Assembly: GCA_963828735.1 (NCBI GenBank)
Contig: CAWHFW010000005.1
Coordinates: forward strand, 1,536,001 to 1,600,000
Length of the DNA stretch: 64,000 nt
Origin: an uncultured Gemmatimonadales bacterium
Lineage (GTDB): Bacteria > Gemmatimonadota > Gemmatimonadetes > Gemmatimonadales > GWC2-71-9
Direction of reading: 5' to 3'
In this document: one piece after another, positions 47,546-56,194 of the stretch
Layout: the number at the start of each line of letters is the position of its first letter
Position numbering within the stretch: position 1 is the first letter of the stretch
Program-made: the position numbers and the translations under genes
The notes under the pieces: generated by a model
The model's database searches: none
The model's input: only the letters and a program-made list of their open reading frames with translations
Told to the model about the DNA's origin: nothing

Positions 47546-48310
47546 TCAGAGGGCGGTGGGACGCCCGAGGAACCAGGCCAAGCTCTCGAGCACGATCGGG
47601 CGCGGGACCTCGTGCCGGCCTTCGAACTCTCGATATCGGACGTCGTAGCCTTGTCGGCGCAGCGCGGGTACGAGTTTGCGGCTGCAGGTCGCAATCGGCA
47701 GGATCTCGTCGGCCACTCCATGGGACACGAAGATCCGCGGCATGCCCCGCCGGGCGGCCGGGATCAGGAAGCCGGGCGAGAAGGCGAGGAGATGGGTGAA
47801 CCGGTCGCCGTTGGCTCGCCCGAGCGCGAGGGCATAGGTCGCGCCGTCCGAGAATCCGGCCAGCGCCACCCGGTGTGGATCGACGAGGCAGCGGGCCTGG
47901 ACCACGGCCAGCGCGCGAGACAGATAGGGCACGTCAGGGCCGAACTCGCCGGTCACGGCGTCCCACGTCGCCCCGCGCGAGTCGGGGGCAAGCACGAGAC
48001 AGCCGGCGTCGCCCGCCTCCGGATCCAGAAGGCGGGACGCGCGTCGGCCCGTGCCTCCCGAGCCGTGCAGCATGACGATGAGCGGCGACGGTCCCTCGGT
48101 GGCGGGGACCGACAACACGCCGTCCCGCTCCCCTCCCGTGCCGATGAGGTGCAGCCCCGGCGGTAGTCGGCTGCCGGGCACGGGTGCCGGCGCAGCCAGG
48201 CGTTCCGCCGGGCCCTGGTGCGTGGTGGCACACGCGGCCAGGACGGGCGCGGCGAACGCGCCGCCGGCCATCCGCATCAGCTCCCGTCGAGTCAGGCGTC
48301 GGTCCGTCAT
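47546..48310 (-). CDS. Phospholipase/carboxylesterase (alpha/beta hydrolase), Tat lipoprotein
   Basis: TRRELMR Tat-like motif, LAA-C, GFSDG nucleophile, HGVADEILP, GRHEV. Confidence 0.85.
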   Translation of the reverse strand: MTDRRLTRRELMRMAGGAFAAPVLAACATTHQGPAERLAAPAPVPGSRLPPGLHLIGTGGERDGVLSVPATEGPSPLIVMLHGSGGTGRRASRLLDPEAGDAGCLVLAPDSRGATWDAVTGEFGPDVPYLSRALAVVQARCLVDPHRVALAGFSDGATYALALGRANGDRFTHLLAFSPGFLIPAARRGMPRIFVSHGVADEILPIATCSRKLVPALRRQGYDVRYREFEGRHEVPRPIVLESLAWFLGRPTAL

Positions 48311-48392
48311 GTCCAGCTAGGGACGAGCCGCGCCCCCCGCCGGACACGCGCCGTATTGCGCGCGAGGGCCGCCCCGGGGGATTTTCCGGTCA

Positions 48393-48697
48393 ATGCACCC
48401 GCAGCTGCATGCGATCGTGGACGACTTCGAGCTGGCCGAGAAGCGTCTCCTTCGGCTCGCGGCGGAAGTGTCTCCAGCCGACTGGGGGCGACGGTCGGAT
48501 CCCACGCGTTGGTCCATCGCCGAGGGCGTGCTCGGGCGTCTCTGGATCATCTCGCCGTTCGATGCCCGCATCCGCTACAACGCGTACGCCTGCCTGACAT
48601 TCTTCCGCGCCACCAGCAGCGTCACCCGTGGCAGGCGGAACAGGTGCGGGGCCGGACACCGCACCGGATGAGACGCGAGCGGACGAGCAGCCGCTGA
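48393..48697 (+). pseudogene. DinB-family pseudogene (internal deletion plus frameshift)
   Basis: N-terminal ...RWSIAE jumps to C-terminal SPFDARIRYNAYACL; HQQRH motif lies in another frame from about 48598. Confidence 0.65.
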
Positions 48698-48786
48698 AGG
48701 AGATCGGCCGAACGGGCGACCTGCGCCGGCGCCCGTGACCGTGGCGAACCTGCGGCGCGACGATCGACGACCACCGGAGGCAGATC

Positions 48787-49344
48787 ATGGCATCGCGCAA
48801 GCGCTACCACCTGGATCTCGTGACGGTCATGCCGGGCGACTCGCGACCCGCTGCCTGGACGTTCGCCGGCGACGCGGTCTCGGGCACCGAACAATCCTAT
48901 CACGTGACCGACGGCAACTTCCCGACCCGCAACCTCTGGGAGTTCATGGTGCGGATCCCGAAGACGCGTGGGCAACGCCTCGAGGTGCGACCGCGCACGA
49001 CACCGAACGTCAAGGTCTGGGCCGAGCTCACCGATCGATCGCTCACCTTCGCGCGAGCCACCAAGGGTGAGGCCCGCGGCCGCTGGTACTGTCCTGTGGC
49101 CCTGGCCGATCCGACCGGCCAGCGGAGCCGCGACATCATCCGGGGCGATCAGCGCCACCAGCTTCCCGCCTGGTTCACTCCGCTGCAGGGCCGCATGCGG
49201 CTCAAGCAGAATATCCGACCCACGAAAGGCACCGACGGCGAATCCCTCGTGATCCTCGTCCAGCCGGACGACTACCCGGCGATGATCCGGCTGTTCTTCG
49301 CGACCAAGGTCTGGGTCCTGAAAGAAGGGATCACGGTCGCCTGA
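48787..49344 (+). CDS. Hypothetical cytoplasmic protein
   Basis: GGAGG SD, typical codon usage, no recognised motif. Confidence 0.75.
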   Translation: MASRKRYHLDLVTVMPGDSRPAAWTFAGDAVSGTEQSYHVTDGNFPTRNLWEFMVRIPKTRGQRLEVRPRTTPNVKVWAELTDRSLTFARATKGEARGRWYCPVALADPTGQRSRDIIRGDQRHQLPAWFTPLQGRMRLKQNIRPTKGTDGESLVILVQPDDYPAMIRLFFATKVWVLKEGITVA

Positions 49345-49358
49345 GCGCGCGGCGCCTC

Positions 49359-50855
49359 GTGGCAGGACTGGCCGCGCTCAAACTCGGCCTGCACCTCCTG
49401 GTCAACGCCGTCTCGCCATACGGCTTTCACCGGGACGAGCTCCTCTATCTGGCCATGGGCCGCCACCTGCGGCTCTGGCACATGGACTTCCCGCCCGCCA
49501 TCGCCCTCCTCGCCGAGGGCGTCCGCGCGGCGCTCGGTGATTCGCTGGTCGCGATCCGGCTGGTTCCGGCGCTCGCGGGCACCGGAGTGCTCGTGCTGGC
49601 CGCGCTCATTGCTCGCGAGCTGGGCGGGGGTCGCTGGGCACAGGGACTCGCCGCGCTTGGCGTGCTGGCCAGTCCGCTCTTTCTTCGCTCGGCGAATCTG
49701 TTCCAACCCGTGGTGCTCGATCAGCTCTCGTGGACCGTTGCGCTATACGCGCTGATCCGTCTCTGCCAGGCGGCCGCTCCTCGGTGGTGGGGGCTGCTCG
49801 GTCTGGCGCTCGGACTCGGCCTGCTCACGAAGTTCAGCGCGGCGTTCATCGGACTCGCGCTTCTCTTGGCCCTCTTCGTCACCTCCCGTCGCGCCTGGCT
49901 TCGAACGCCGTGGCCCTGGGCCGCCGCGCTTCTGGCGCTCGCTCTCGGGAGCCCGAGCATCATCGGTCAGGTCCGCCTCGGCTATCCCGTGCTCGGCCAG
50001 ATGGCCGACCTGCGCTCGACCCAGCTGGAGCGCGTCGACCTGGTCGAATTCTTCACCGGACAGCTGCTCTGGGGCCCGGCGACGCTGCTCGGCCTGGCAG
50101 GACTCACGGCGTTGCTCGCCTCCCGGGAGATGCGTCCCTTCCGCGTCGTCGGCTGGACCTGCGTCTGGGTCCTCGTCATCCTCGGCGCGCTGCACGGCAA
50201 GTCCTACTATGCCGGCCCGATCTATCCCACCCTGCTCGCCACCGGCGGGGTAGCGCTCGAGCGGATGCGCACCCCTCGATCGGCGGCGGTGCTCCGGTGG
50301 AGCATCGTCGTCGTACTGGTCGTTTTCATGGCGATCACGCTGCCGATCGGCCTGCCGATCCTGCCGCCCGAGCGAATGGCCGCCTATGCCCAGGCGATCG
50401 GCGCGACGTCCGCCCTCCGGACGAACACAGGACAGGTGGACCGGCTGCCGCAGGACTACGCCGACATGCTGGGTTGGGAGGCTCAGGTCCGCGCGGTCGC
50501 GGACGTCGTACGCACCCTTCCCGAGGCCGACCGGGTTCGCGCCGTTCTGGTGGCCGGGAACTACGGGGAGGCGGGCGCACTCGACTTCTTCGGTCCACGC
50601 GATGGCCTGCCGCCCGTCGTGAGTCCGACCGGCAGTTTCTGGTTCTTCGGGCCGGGCACCCGGACGGGAGAAGTAGTGGTGACGATCGGCATCGCGCGCG
50701 CCGATCTCCTGCCTCTGTTCGCCTCGGTCGAAGAAGCGGGCCGGGTGAGCAGCCCATGGAGCGTGGCCGAGGAACGGCAGCTCACGATCCTGATTGCTCG
50801 CGGACCCCGGCACACGTTACAGGAGATCTGGCCTTCACTGGCAGGAAGAAATTGA
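49359..50855 (+). CDS. Glycosyltransferase family 39 (ArnT/PMT-like GT-C) membrane protein
   Basis: YGFHRDELLY, MDFPP, LLTKFS, GKSYY, DMLGW, NYGEAGA; many TM helices. Confidence 0.85.
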   Translation: MAGLAALKLGLHLLVNAVSPYGFHRDELLYLAMGRHLRLWHMDFPPAIALLAEGVRAALGDSLVAIRLVPALAGTGVLVLAALIARELGGGRWAQGLAALGVLASPLFLRSANLFQPVVLDQLSWTVALYALIRLCQAAAPRWWGLLGLALGLGLLTKFSAAFIGLALLLALFVTSRRAWLRTPWPWAAALLALALGSPSIIGQVRLGYPVLGQMADLRSTQLERVDLVEFFTGQLLWGPATLLGLAGLTALLASREMRPFRVVGWTCVWVLVILGALHGKSYYAGPIYPTLLATGGVALERMRTPRSAAVLRWSIVVVLVVFMAITLPIGLPILPPERMAAYAQAIGATSALRTNTGQVDRLPQDYADMLGWEAQVRAVADVVRTLPEADRVRAVLVAGNYGEAGALDFFGPRDGLPPVVSPTGSFWFFGPGTRTGEVVVTIGIARADLLPLFASVEEAGRVSSPWSVAEERQLTILIARGPRHTLQEIWPSLAGRN

Positions 50856-50967
50856 GGGTCGCTCCGCCCTCGGTGCACAGAACGTGTTTCAGGATGGTTC
50901 GCACATTCCGCCGCGCTCTGGCGTCTCGGCGGGCAACTCCGCAAGTTGGAGATGGTTCGGAGAACTC

Positions 50968-51435
50968 ATGCGGCACCTCCTCCTCCTCTTCTTCGCAAGC
51001 GGTGCAGCCTGTGGCGGCTCGGCGCAGGCCGTCGCGCCGACGCACATCGCGCCCTGGCTTCGCGCCGACCGACAGCGGTGCCTCATCCCGCGCGACCTGG
51101 CAGAAGGAATGGAGGACATGGCTCGACGTTGCGCGGAGACGTTCGTCCGGGAGAACGGCTATACCGATCAGGCGGCTGACGATTCGACCCGGTGGGTACG
51201 GGAGCAGGACGATGCCGATGTATGGCCTCGGCTGCTCGCGACGCGCAGCGGCAGCCTCGAACCCGTGGCGAGTGCCGTCCAATGCAGCGTGCGCGAGTGC
51301 ATCGTGCTCTTCCGGGTCCGTCGCCCAATCCTGCAGTGCGCCTACCGCGCCGTCACGATGACCCAGGTGTTCACCCGGATTCATGTCGAGCCCGGCGGAA
51401 TCACCGACGTGCGTTGCCACGAACGTCAGGTGTAG
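50968..51435 (+). CDS. Hypothetical secreted/lipoprotein, Cys-rich
   Basis: GGAG SD; MRHLLLLFFASGAA-C. Confidence 0.6.
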   Translation: MRHLLLLFFASGAACGGSAQAVAPTHIAPWLRADRQRCLIPRDLAEGMEDMARRCAETFVRENGYTDQAADDSTRWVREQDDADVWPRLLATRSGSLEPVASAVQCSVRECIVLFRVRRPILQCAYRAVTMTQVFTRIHVEPGGITDVRCHERQV

Positions 51436-51473
51436 CGGCCCGGGCGGCGCGCCGCGAGGGATTGCGTGGAAAT

Positions 51474-51507
51474 CGAAGGGGGCATGCCGAAGCCGGCGTG
51501 CCCCTTC
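51474..51507. terminator. Hairpin, terminator- or REP-like
   Basis: GAAGGGGGCATGCCG-AAGC-CGGCGTGCCCCTTC; shares an 18-mer with the terminator at 36677-36694. Confidence 0.55.
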
Positions 51508-51722
51508 ATCGTGTGCAGCTCCGCGGTGCGGCACAGTTCGAGGCCGTGCTCCGGGTCTCCATTCATTGCGGTGGTCGACGATGACCGGGCCGCGGTGCCC
51601 GCGCCCATCTCGTTATCCCTCTTCGCGAGCCGCTGCCGGGAAACCGGCGAGGGCCCATCCCCGTCAGGCCTGCGGCCAGCCTGTCCTTTTCACGCTGCCT
51701 TACCTCCTAGAGGATGCACTGC

Positions 51723-53129
51723 ATGTCACACACCGGAGATTCCGTCACCCGTCGGATCGGCCTGGTGCTTTGCCTGCTCACGACGCTAGCTCCTCTGCGC
51801 CTTTCTGCGCAGGAGCGGGTGGACACGGCCGAGTTTGCGGCCCGCCGCGCGCGACTCATGGCCGGGATCCCGGACGGCATCGCGGTGATTTTCGGGGCCG
51901 AAGAACACAGCTATCCGGTCCGGTTCCGCCAATCGCCCGACCTGTACTACCTCACGGGCCTCGAGGAGCCGGGGCTGGTCCTGGTGCTCAACGGCGTGAC
52001 CAAGCACGCGGCGGTGTTCGCGCTCAAGCGGCTGCACTTCGGGCCGCCTGATCCGACGCCGGCTCTGCGCGACATCTCCCAGCCCGCCGAGCGCTACGGG
52101 CTTCCCGTGCAGCCGATGGAGAGTTTCTTCACCATCCTTGGCTTCGCCTCGTGGAATCCCGCGGTGCAGAAGCTCTACGTGCAGCTCACTCCGCCGGACG
52201 ACCTGCTTCACTCGCGAGGTGAGGCCCGGGCGGCAAACGCGATCGAGATGGACCACCCGGTCCTCGGCCATGTACCGCTCGTGACGCAGGCGATCGACCG
52301 GCTGCATGCGGCCGTGCCTCATCTCGCGCTGGCGGACGTGAGCCCCAAGCTCGACGAGCTACGCTGGGTGAAGACACGATACGAGATCGAGCGCCTTCGG
52401 CAAGCGGGGCGCATCGGCGCCGCGGCCGTCGCGGAGGCAATCAAGGGAACGCACCCGGGCATGTACGAATACGAGATCGCCGCCGCGGCGCAGTACGTGA
52501 ACACGCGGATGGGCGCCCGCGGCGACGCGTTTCCACCGATCGTGCCCTCGGGGCCGCTCGCGCCGATTGTCCACTACATGGACAATACGCGTCAGATGCA
52601 GGCTGGCGAGCTGGTCTACATGGACTACGGCTCCGACTGGCAGTACTACAACTCGGATATCACGCGCACCTGGCCGGTGTCCGGACGGTTCAGCGCAGAG
52701 CAGGAGAAGATGTACCGGTGCGTGCTCGACGCCCGGAACGCGATCATCGCCGCAATGAAGCCGGGCGTGACGATCGCTTCGCTGCAGGACGTGGCCGCAG
52801 CCGTCTATGCGAAGCACGGCTACGCAAAGGAGTTCGAGGCCAGCGGGCGCTACATCGGCCACTTCGTCGGGATCGCGGTGCACGACGTGATCGACATCGT
52901 CGGCTCGGCGGCCCAGAAGCCGTTCGTCGCAGGGACGGTATTCAACGTCGAGCCGATTCTCGAGTTCCCCGATCGGAAGATCCACATCCGGCTCGAGGAC
53001 ACGGTGATCGTGACCGAAACCGGCGCCGAAAACGTGACGGCCGGCGTCCCGGCAGAGGTGGAGCCGCTCTATGGGCTCATTCGCCAGCGCGGCGTCACTT
53101 CCCTGACAGTGGGCGGCGTCGGGAAATGA
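51723..53129 (+). CDS. Xaa-Pro aminopeptidase (M24B), exported, second paralog
   Basis: FRQSPDLYYLTGLEEP, MDYG..YNSDITRT, GHFVGIAVHD, NVEP, IRLED; start could be 51714. Confidence 0.9.
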   Translation: MSHTGDSVTRRIGLVLCLLTTLAPLRLSAQERVDTAEFAARRARLMAGIPDGIAVIFGAEEHSYPVRFRQSPDLYYLTGLEEPGLVLVLNGVTKHAAVFALKRLHFGPPDPTPALRDISQPAERYGLPVQPMESFFTILGFASWNPAVQKLYVQLTPPDDLLHSRGEARAANAIEMDHPVLGHVPLVTQAIDRLHAAVPHLALADVSPKLDELRWVKTRYEIERLRQAGRIGAAAVAEAIKGTHPGMYEYEIAAAAQYVNTRMGARGDAFPPIVPSGPLAPIVHYMDNTRQMQAGELVYMDYGSDWQYYNSDITRTWPVSGRFSAEQEKMYRCVLDARNAIIAAMKPGVTIASLQDVAAAVYAKHGYAKEFEASGRYIGHFVGIAVHDVIDIVGSAAQKPFVAGTVFNVEPILEFPDRKIHIRLEDTVIVTETGAENVTAGVPAEVEPLYGLIRQRGVTSLTVGGVGK

Positions 53130-53258
53130 GGCGAGCGATTCCTCGGCAGCCGTCACCGGTTCGGCCACGGCGCCGCCGAGTCGGACGACAGAGCGTCCCA
53201 TCGAGACACGGCGTCCCGGCCAATGCGTCGTCGGAACTCGAGGCTCGTGCACGCTCGA

Positions 53259-53320
53259 AACGCCGGAACGCCGGAACGCCGGAACGCCGGAACGCCGGAA
53301 CGCCGGAACGCCGGAACGCC
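53259..53320. repeat. Octamer tandem repeat (AACGCCGG)x7.75
   Basis: Directly visible perfect tandem copies. Confidence 0.95.
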
Positions 53321-53415
53321 ACACAAGGTGATCCGGTGCGAAGGAGAGGTGGCTCCCGGAGCCGTACTGCCTGGCCGCGACCCCGGGAACCGGTACTGCG
53401 GGGTACTACTGTCCT
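53321..53415 (-). ncRNA. Candidate small RNA
   Basis: 14-bp stem with three G-U pairs on the minus strand only; three AGUAC motifs; CCUCUCCUU tract. Confidence 0.35.
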
Positions 53416-53494
53416 GCAAGAATTTGGATGCAAGGCGAATGAAAAGGGTTGCGCGCCTCCCGCACCCGCCGAACAGTGAAGCTAGATTTGGGCC

Positions 53495-53722
53495 ATGCGC
53501 GAAGCCCGTCTTCGGCCCGAGTTCGCCCACCTCTATCCAGGACTGACGCCCGGACGCTGGGAGCCGGCCTCGCGGATCGCCGAGGCCGTGCTGGCCAACG
53601 TGCTGCTCCACGAGATGGCCGAAGCCCCTTTCGCCGGACGGTTGGACGAAGCCCATTTCGAGTTTCGCGGCGGCGCGGAGGCAGAGCGCGCGGCCCACAC
53701 CGACCGGCGATCGGACCCGTGA
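53495..53722 (+). CDS. Small hypothetical protein, probably leaderless
   Basis: MREARLRPEFAHLYPGL...HFEFRGG; TAGATT 6 nt before ATG. Confidence 0.7.
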   Translation: MREARLRPEFAHLYPGLTPGRWEPASRIAEAVLANVLLHEMAEAPFAGRLDEAHFEFRGGAEAERAAHTDRRSDP

Positions 53723-53726
53723 ACCC

Positions 53727-54257
53727 GTGATCGACCTCCGCTATCCCATCGGCCCGTTCGAGTACGACGGCCGAATGTCGGACTCGCGGCGCGCCGAATG
53801 CGTCGCGCACATCGCCGCCGCTCCGCGTCGGCTTCGAGCCGCGGTGACCGGTCTGGACGACACGCAGCTCGACACGCCGTATCGGCCCGGAGGCTGGACC
53901 GTGCGGCAGCTCGTCCATCACGTGCCGGACAGTCACATCAACGCGTATACCCGGGTGAGGCTGGCGCTCACCGAGGACACCCCGACCATCAAGCCGTACG
54001 AGGAGGCGCGCTGGGCCGAGCTGCCCGACGCGCGCGCCCTTCCGGTGGAGATCTCGCTTCGGCTGCTCGAGTCGCTGCACGCGCGCTGGGTGCCCCTGCT
54101 CGAAGGCGTGGGCGCCGCCGAGGGCGCGCGCGCGCTCCGGCACCCCGAGCACGGGCGCCTCATGACGGTGGACGAGCTGATCGCCCTCTACGCCTGGCAC
54201 GGAGACCATCACACGGCGCACGTCACCGGACTGCGCGAGCGAATGGGTTGGCGCTGA
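53727..54257 (+). CDS. YfiT/BstA-like DinB-superfamily metal-dependent thiol transferase
   Basis: DLRYPIGPF, LDTPYRPGGWTVRQLVHHVPDSH, YAWHGDHH. Confidence 0.9.
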   Translation: MIDLRYPIGPFEYDGRMSDSRRAECVAHIAAAPRRLRAAVTGLDDTQLDTPYRPGGWTVRQLVHHVPDSHINAYTRVRLALTEDTPTIKPYEEARWAELPDARALPVEISLRLLESLHARWVPLLEGVGAAEGARALRHPEHGRLMTVDELIALYAWHGDHHTAHVTGLRERMGWR

Positions 54258-54321
54258 GCGTATTATCAGCAGTATTTGGGGAAGCACGGATCGAGCTGCC
54301 ATCTGCCCTGAGGTTTTCCGC

Positions 54322-55839
54322 ATGACGTCTGGCCTCGTCGCCCAAGCGGCGCCGGAGCGCGTGAGCCCGCTGGAGCTGCCCCCGACCGAGTTCCGGCAGT
54401 TGGGACACGAGCTCGTCGATCGCATCGCCGACTTCCTGAGCACGCTGCGAGACCGCCCGGTCACCGCGGGAGAAACTCCGGCCACGATCCGTGCGCTGCT
54501 CGGCACGGGGCCGCTGCCGCGGGCCGGCGCCGCGCCAGCGGCGCTGCTCCCGGATGCCGCCGCTCTTCTCTTCGACCATTCGCTCTTCAACGGGCATCCG
54601 CGTTTCATGGGGTACATCACCTCATCGGCGGCACCGATCGGCATGCTGGCCGATCTGCTTGCCGCCGCCGTGAATCCCAACGTGGGTGGGTGGGAGCTGT
54701 CGCCCGTCGCGTCCGAGATCGAGGCGCAAACGGTGCGGTGGGTCGCGGAGCTGGTCGGGTATCCTACCGACTGCGGCGGCCTGCTGGTGAGCGGCGGCAA
54801 CATGGCCAACTTCGTCTGCTTCCTCGCCGGGCGGCGCGCCATGCTGGGCGAGAGCGCGCGCAGCAACGGCCTGGGCGCGAGCCCGCCGATTCGCGTGTAC
54901 GCGTCGGCCGGCACGCACACCTGGATCCAGAAAGCCGCTGACCTGTTCGGCCTGGGCACCGAGGCCATCCGCTGGATTCCCACCGACGCCGGCCAGCGGC
55001 TCCGAACCGACGTGCTCCGGGAATGCATCCGGGAGGACCTGGCGCGCGGCGACCGGCCGCTCATGGTGGTGGGCACCGCGGGTAGCGTCAGCACGGGGGC
55101 GGTGGATCCGATCCGCGAGCTGGCGGAGATCTGCCGCGACCACGGACTCTGGTTCCACGTGGACGGCGCGTATGGCGCGCCCGCGGCGGTCCTGCCCGAC
55201 GCACCGGACGATCTCCACGCGCTCGCACTGGCCGACTCGCTGGCCGTCGATCCGCACAAGTGGCTCTACGCTCCCCTCGAGGCGGGATGTGTGCTGGTGC
55301 GCGAGCCGCAGCGCCTGAGCGAGGCCTTCGGATACTCGCCCACCTACTACCGGTTCGACACCCAGGGCGACGAGCCGCCCATCAACTACTACGAGCTCGG
55401 GTTGCAGAACAGCCGCGGCTTCCGAGCGCTCAAAGTGTGGCTCGGGATGCGCCAGGCGGGGCGGGAGGGGTACGTACGAATGATCGGCGACGATTGCCGG
55501 CTGGCCGCCTCGCTTCACCGCCACGTGGCGGCCCACCCCGAGCTCGAGGCCGCGACGCTGGGCCTCAGCATCGCCACGTTCCGCTACGTGCCGCGCGACC
55601 TCCGCGGCGCGGGGGCGGCGGAGTCGTATCTCAACGCGCTGAACGAGGCGCTGCTCGCGCGGCTCAAGACGGGCGGCGAGCTCTTCGTCACCAACGCGGT
55701 GCTCGAGGGCCGCTTTCTGCTCCGTGCCTGCATCGTGAACTTCCGCACCACCGAAGCCGACGTGGCGGCGATCCCCGAGATCGTGGCCGCGGCCGGCCGC
55801 CGGGTGGACGCGGAGCTGCGCCCCGGGGGGACCGATTAG
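54322..55839 (+). CDS. Group II PLP-dependent amino acid decarboxylase
   Basis: HPRFMGYI, SGGNMAN, HVDGAYG, DPHKW (PLP lysine), RALKVW. Confidence 0.92.
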   Translation: MTSGLVAQAAPERVSPLELPPTEFRQLGHELVDRIADFLSTLRDRPVTAGETPATIRALLGTGPLPRAGAAPAALLPDAAALLFDHSLFNGHPRFMGYITSSAAPIGMLADLLAAAVNPNVGGWELSPVASEIEAQTVRWVAELVGYPTDCGGLLVSGGNMANFVCFLAGRRAMLGESARSNGLGASPPIRVYASAGTHTWIQKAADLFGLGTEAIRWIPTDAGQRLRTDVLRECIREDLARGDRPLMVVGTAGSVSTGAVDPIRELAEICRDHGLWFHVDGAYGAPAAVLPDAPDDLHALALADSLAVDPHKWLYAPLEAGCVLVREPQRLSEAFGYSPTYYRFDTQGDEPPINYYELGLQNSRGFRALKVWLGMRQAGREGYVRMIGDDCRLAASLHRHVAAHPELEAATLGLSIATFRYVPRDLRGAGAAESYLNALNEALLARLKTGGELFVTNAVLEGRFLLRACIVNFRTTEADVAAIPEIVAAAGRRVDAELRPGGTD

Positions 55840-56194
55840 AACCGACGTCGTCTATCAGGCCGCGCTGCTGCTGATCTGCTCGAACGTGTTCATGACGTTC
55901 GCCTGGTACGCGCACCTGCAGAACCTCGCCGATCGTCCATGGTACATCGCCGCCATCGTGAGCTGGGGCATCGCGCTGTTCGAGTACCTGCTGCAGGTGC
56001 CCGCCAACCGCATCGGGTACACGGTGCTGTCGCTGGGACAGCTCAAGATCATGCAGGAAGCGATCACGCTGGTCGTATTCGTCCCCTTCGCCGTGCTCTA
56101 CATGCGCCAGCCGCTCAAGCTCGACTATCTCTGGGCCGCGCTCTGCATCATGGGAGCGGTGTACTTCGTGTTCCGCTCGCCCGCCACGCCGTGA
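55835..56194 (+). CDS. DMT-family small membrane protein (DUF486-like); start uncertain
   Basis: LLLICSNVFMTFAWYAHL, SWGIALFEYLLQVPANRIG, QLKIMQEAITL; hydrophobic segment extends upstream of first GTG (55886). Confidence 0.8.
   Translation: MRTDVVYQAALLLICSNVFMTFAWYAHLQNLADRPWYIAAIVSWGIALFEYLLQVPANRIGYTVLSLGQLKIMQEAITLVVFVPFAVLYMRQPLKLDYLWAALCIMGAVYFVFRSPATP

Noticed and set aside
53259..53320. Possible CRISPR array
   Set aside because: Contiguous 8-bp units without spacers; no cas genes in the window
53326..53350. GGATCACCT / CCTCTCCTT on the minus strand resembling the 16S rRNA 3' end
   Set aside because: Only a short match with no other rRNA sequence
53095..53546. ORFs with RRSGVPAF / NAGTPERR peptide repeats
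   Set aside because: Translations of the octamer DNA repeat; no coding evidence
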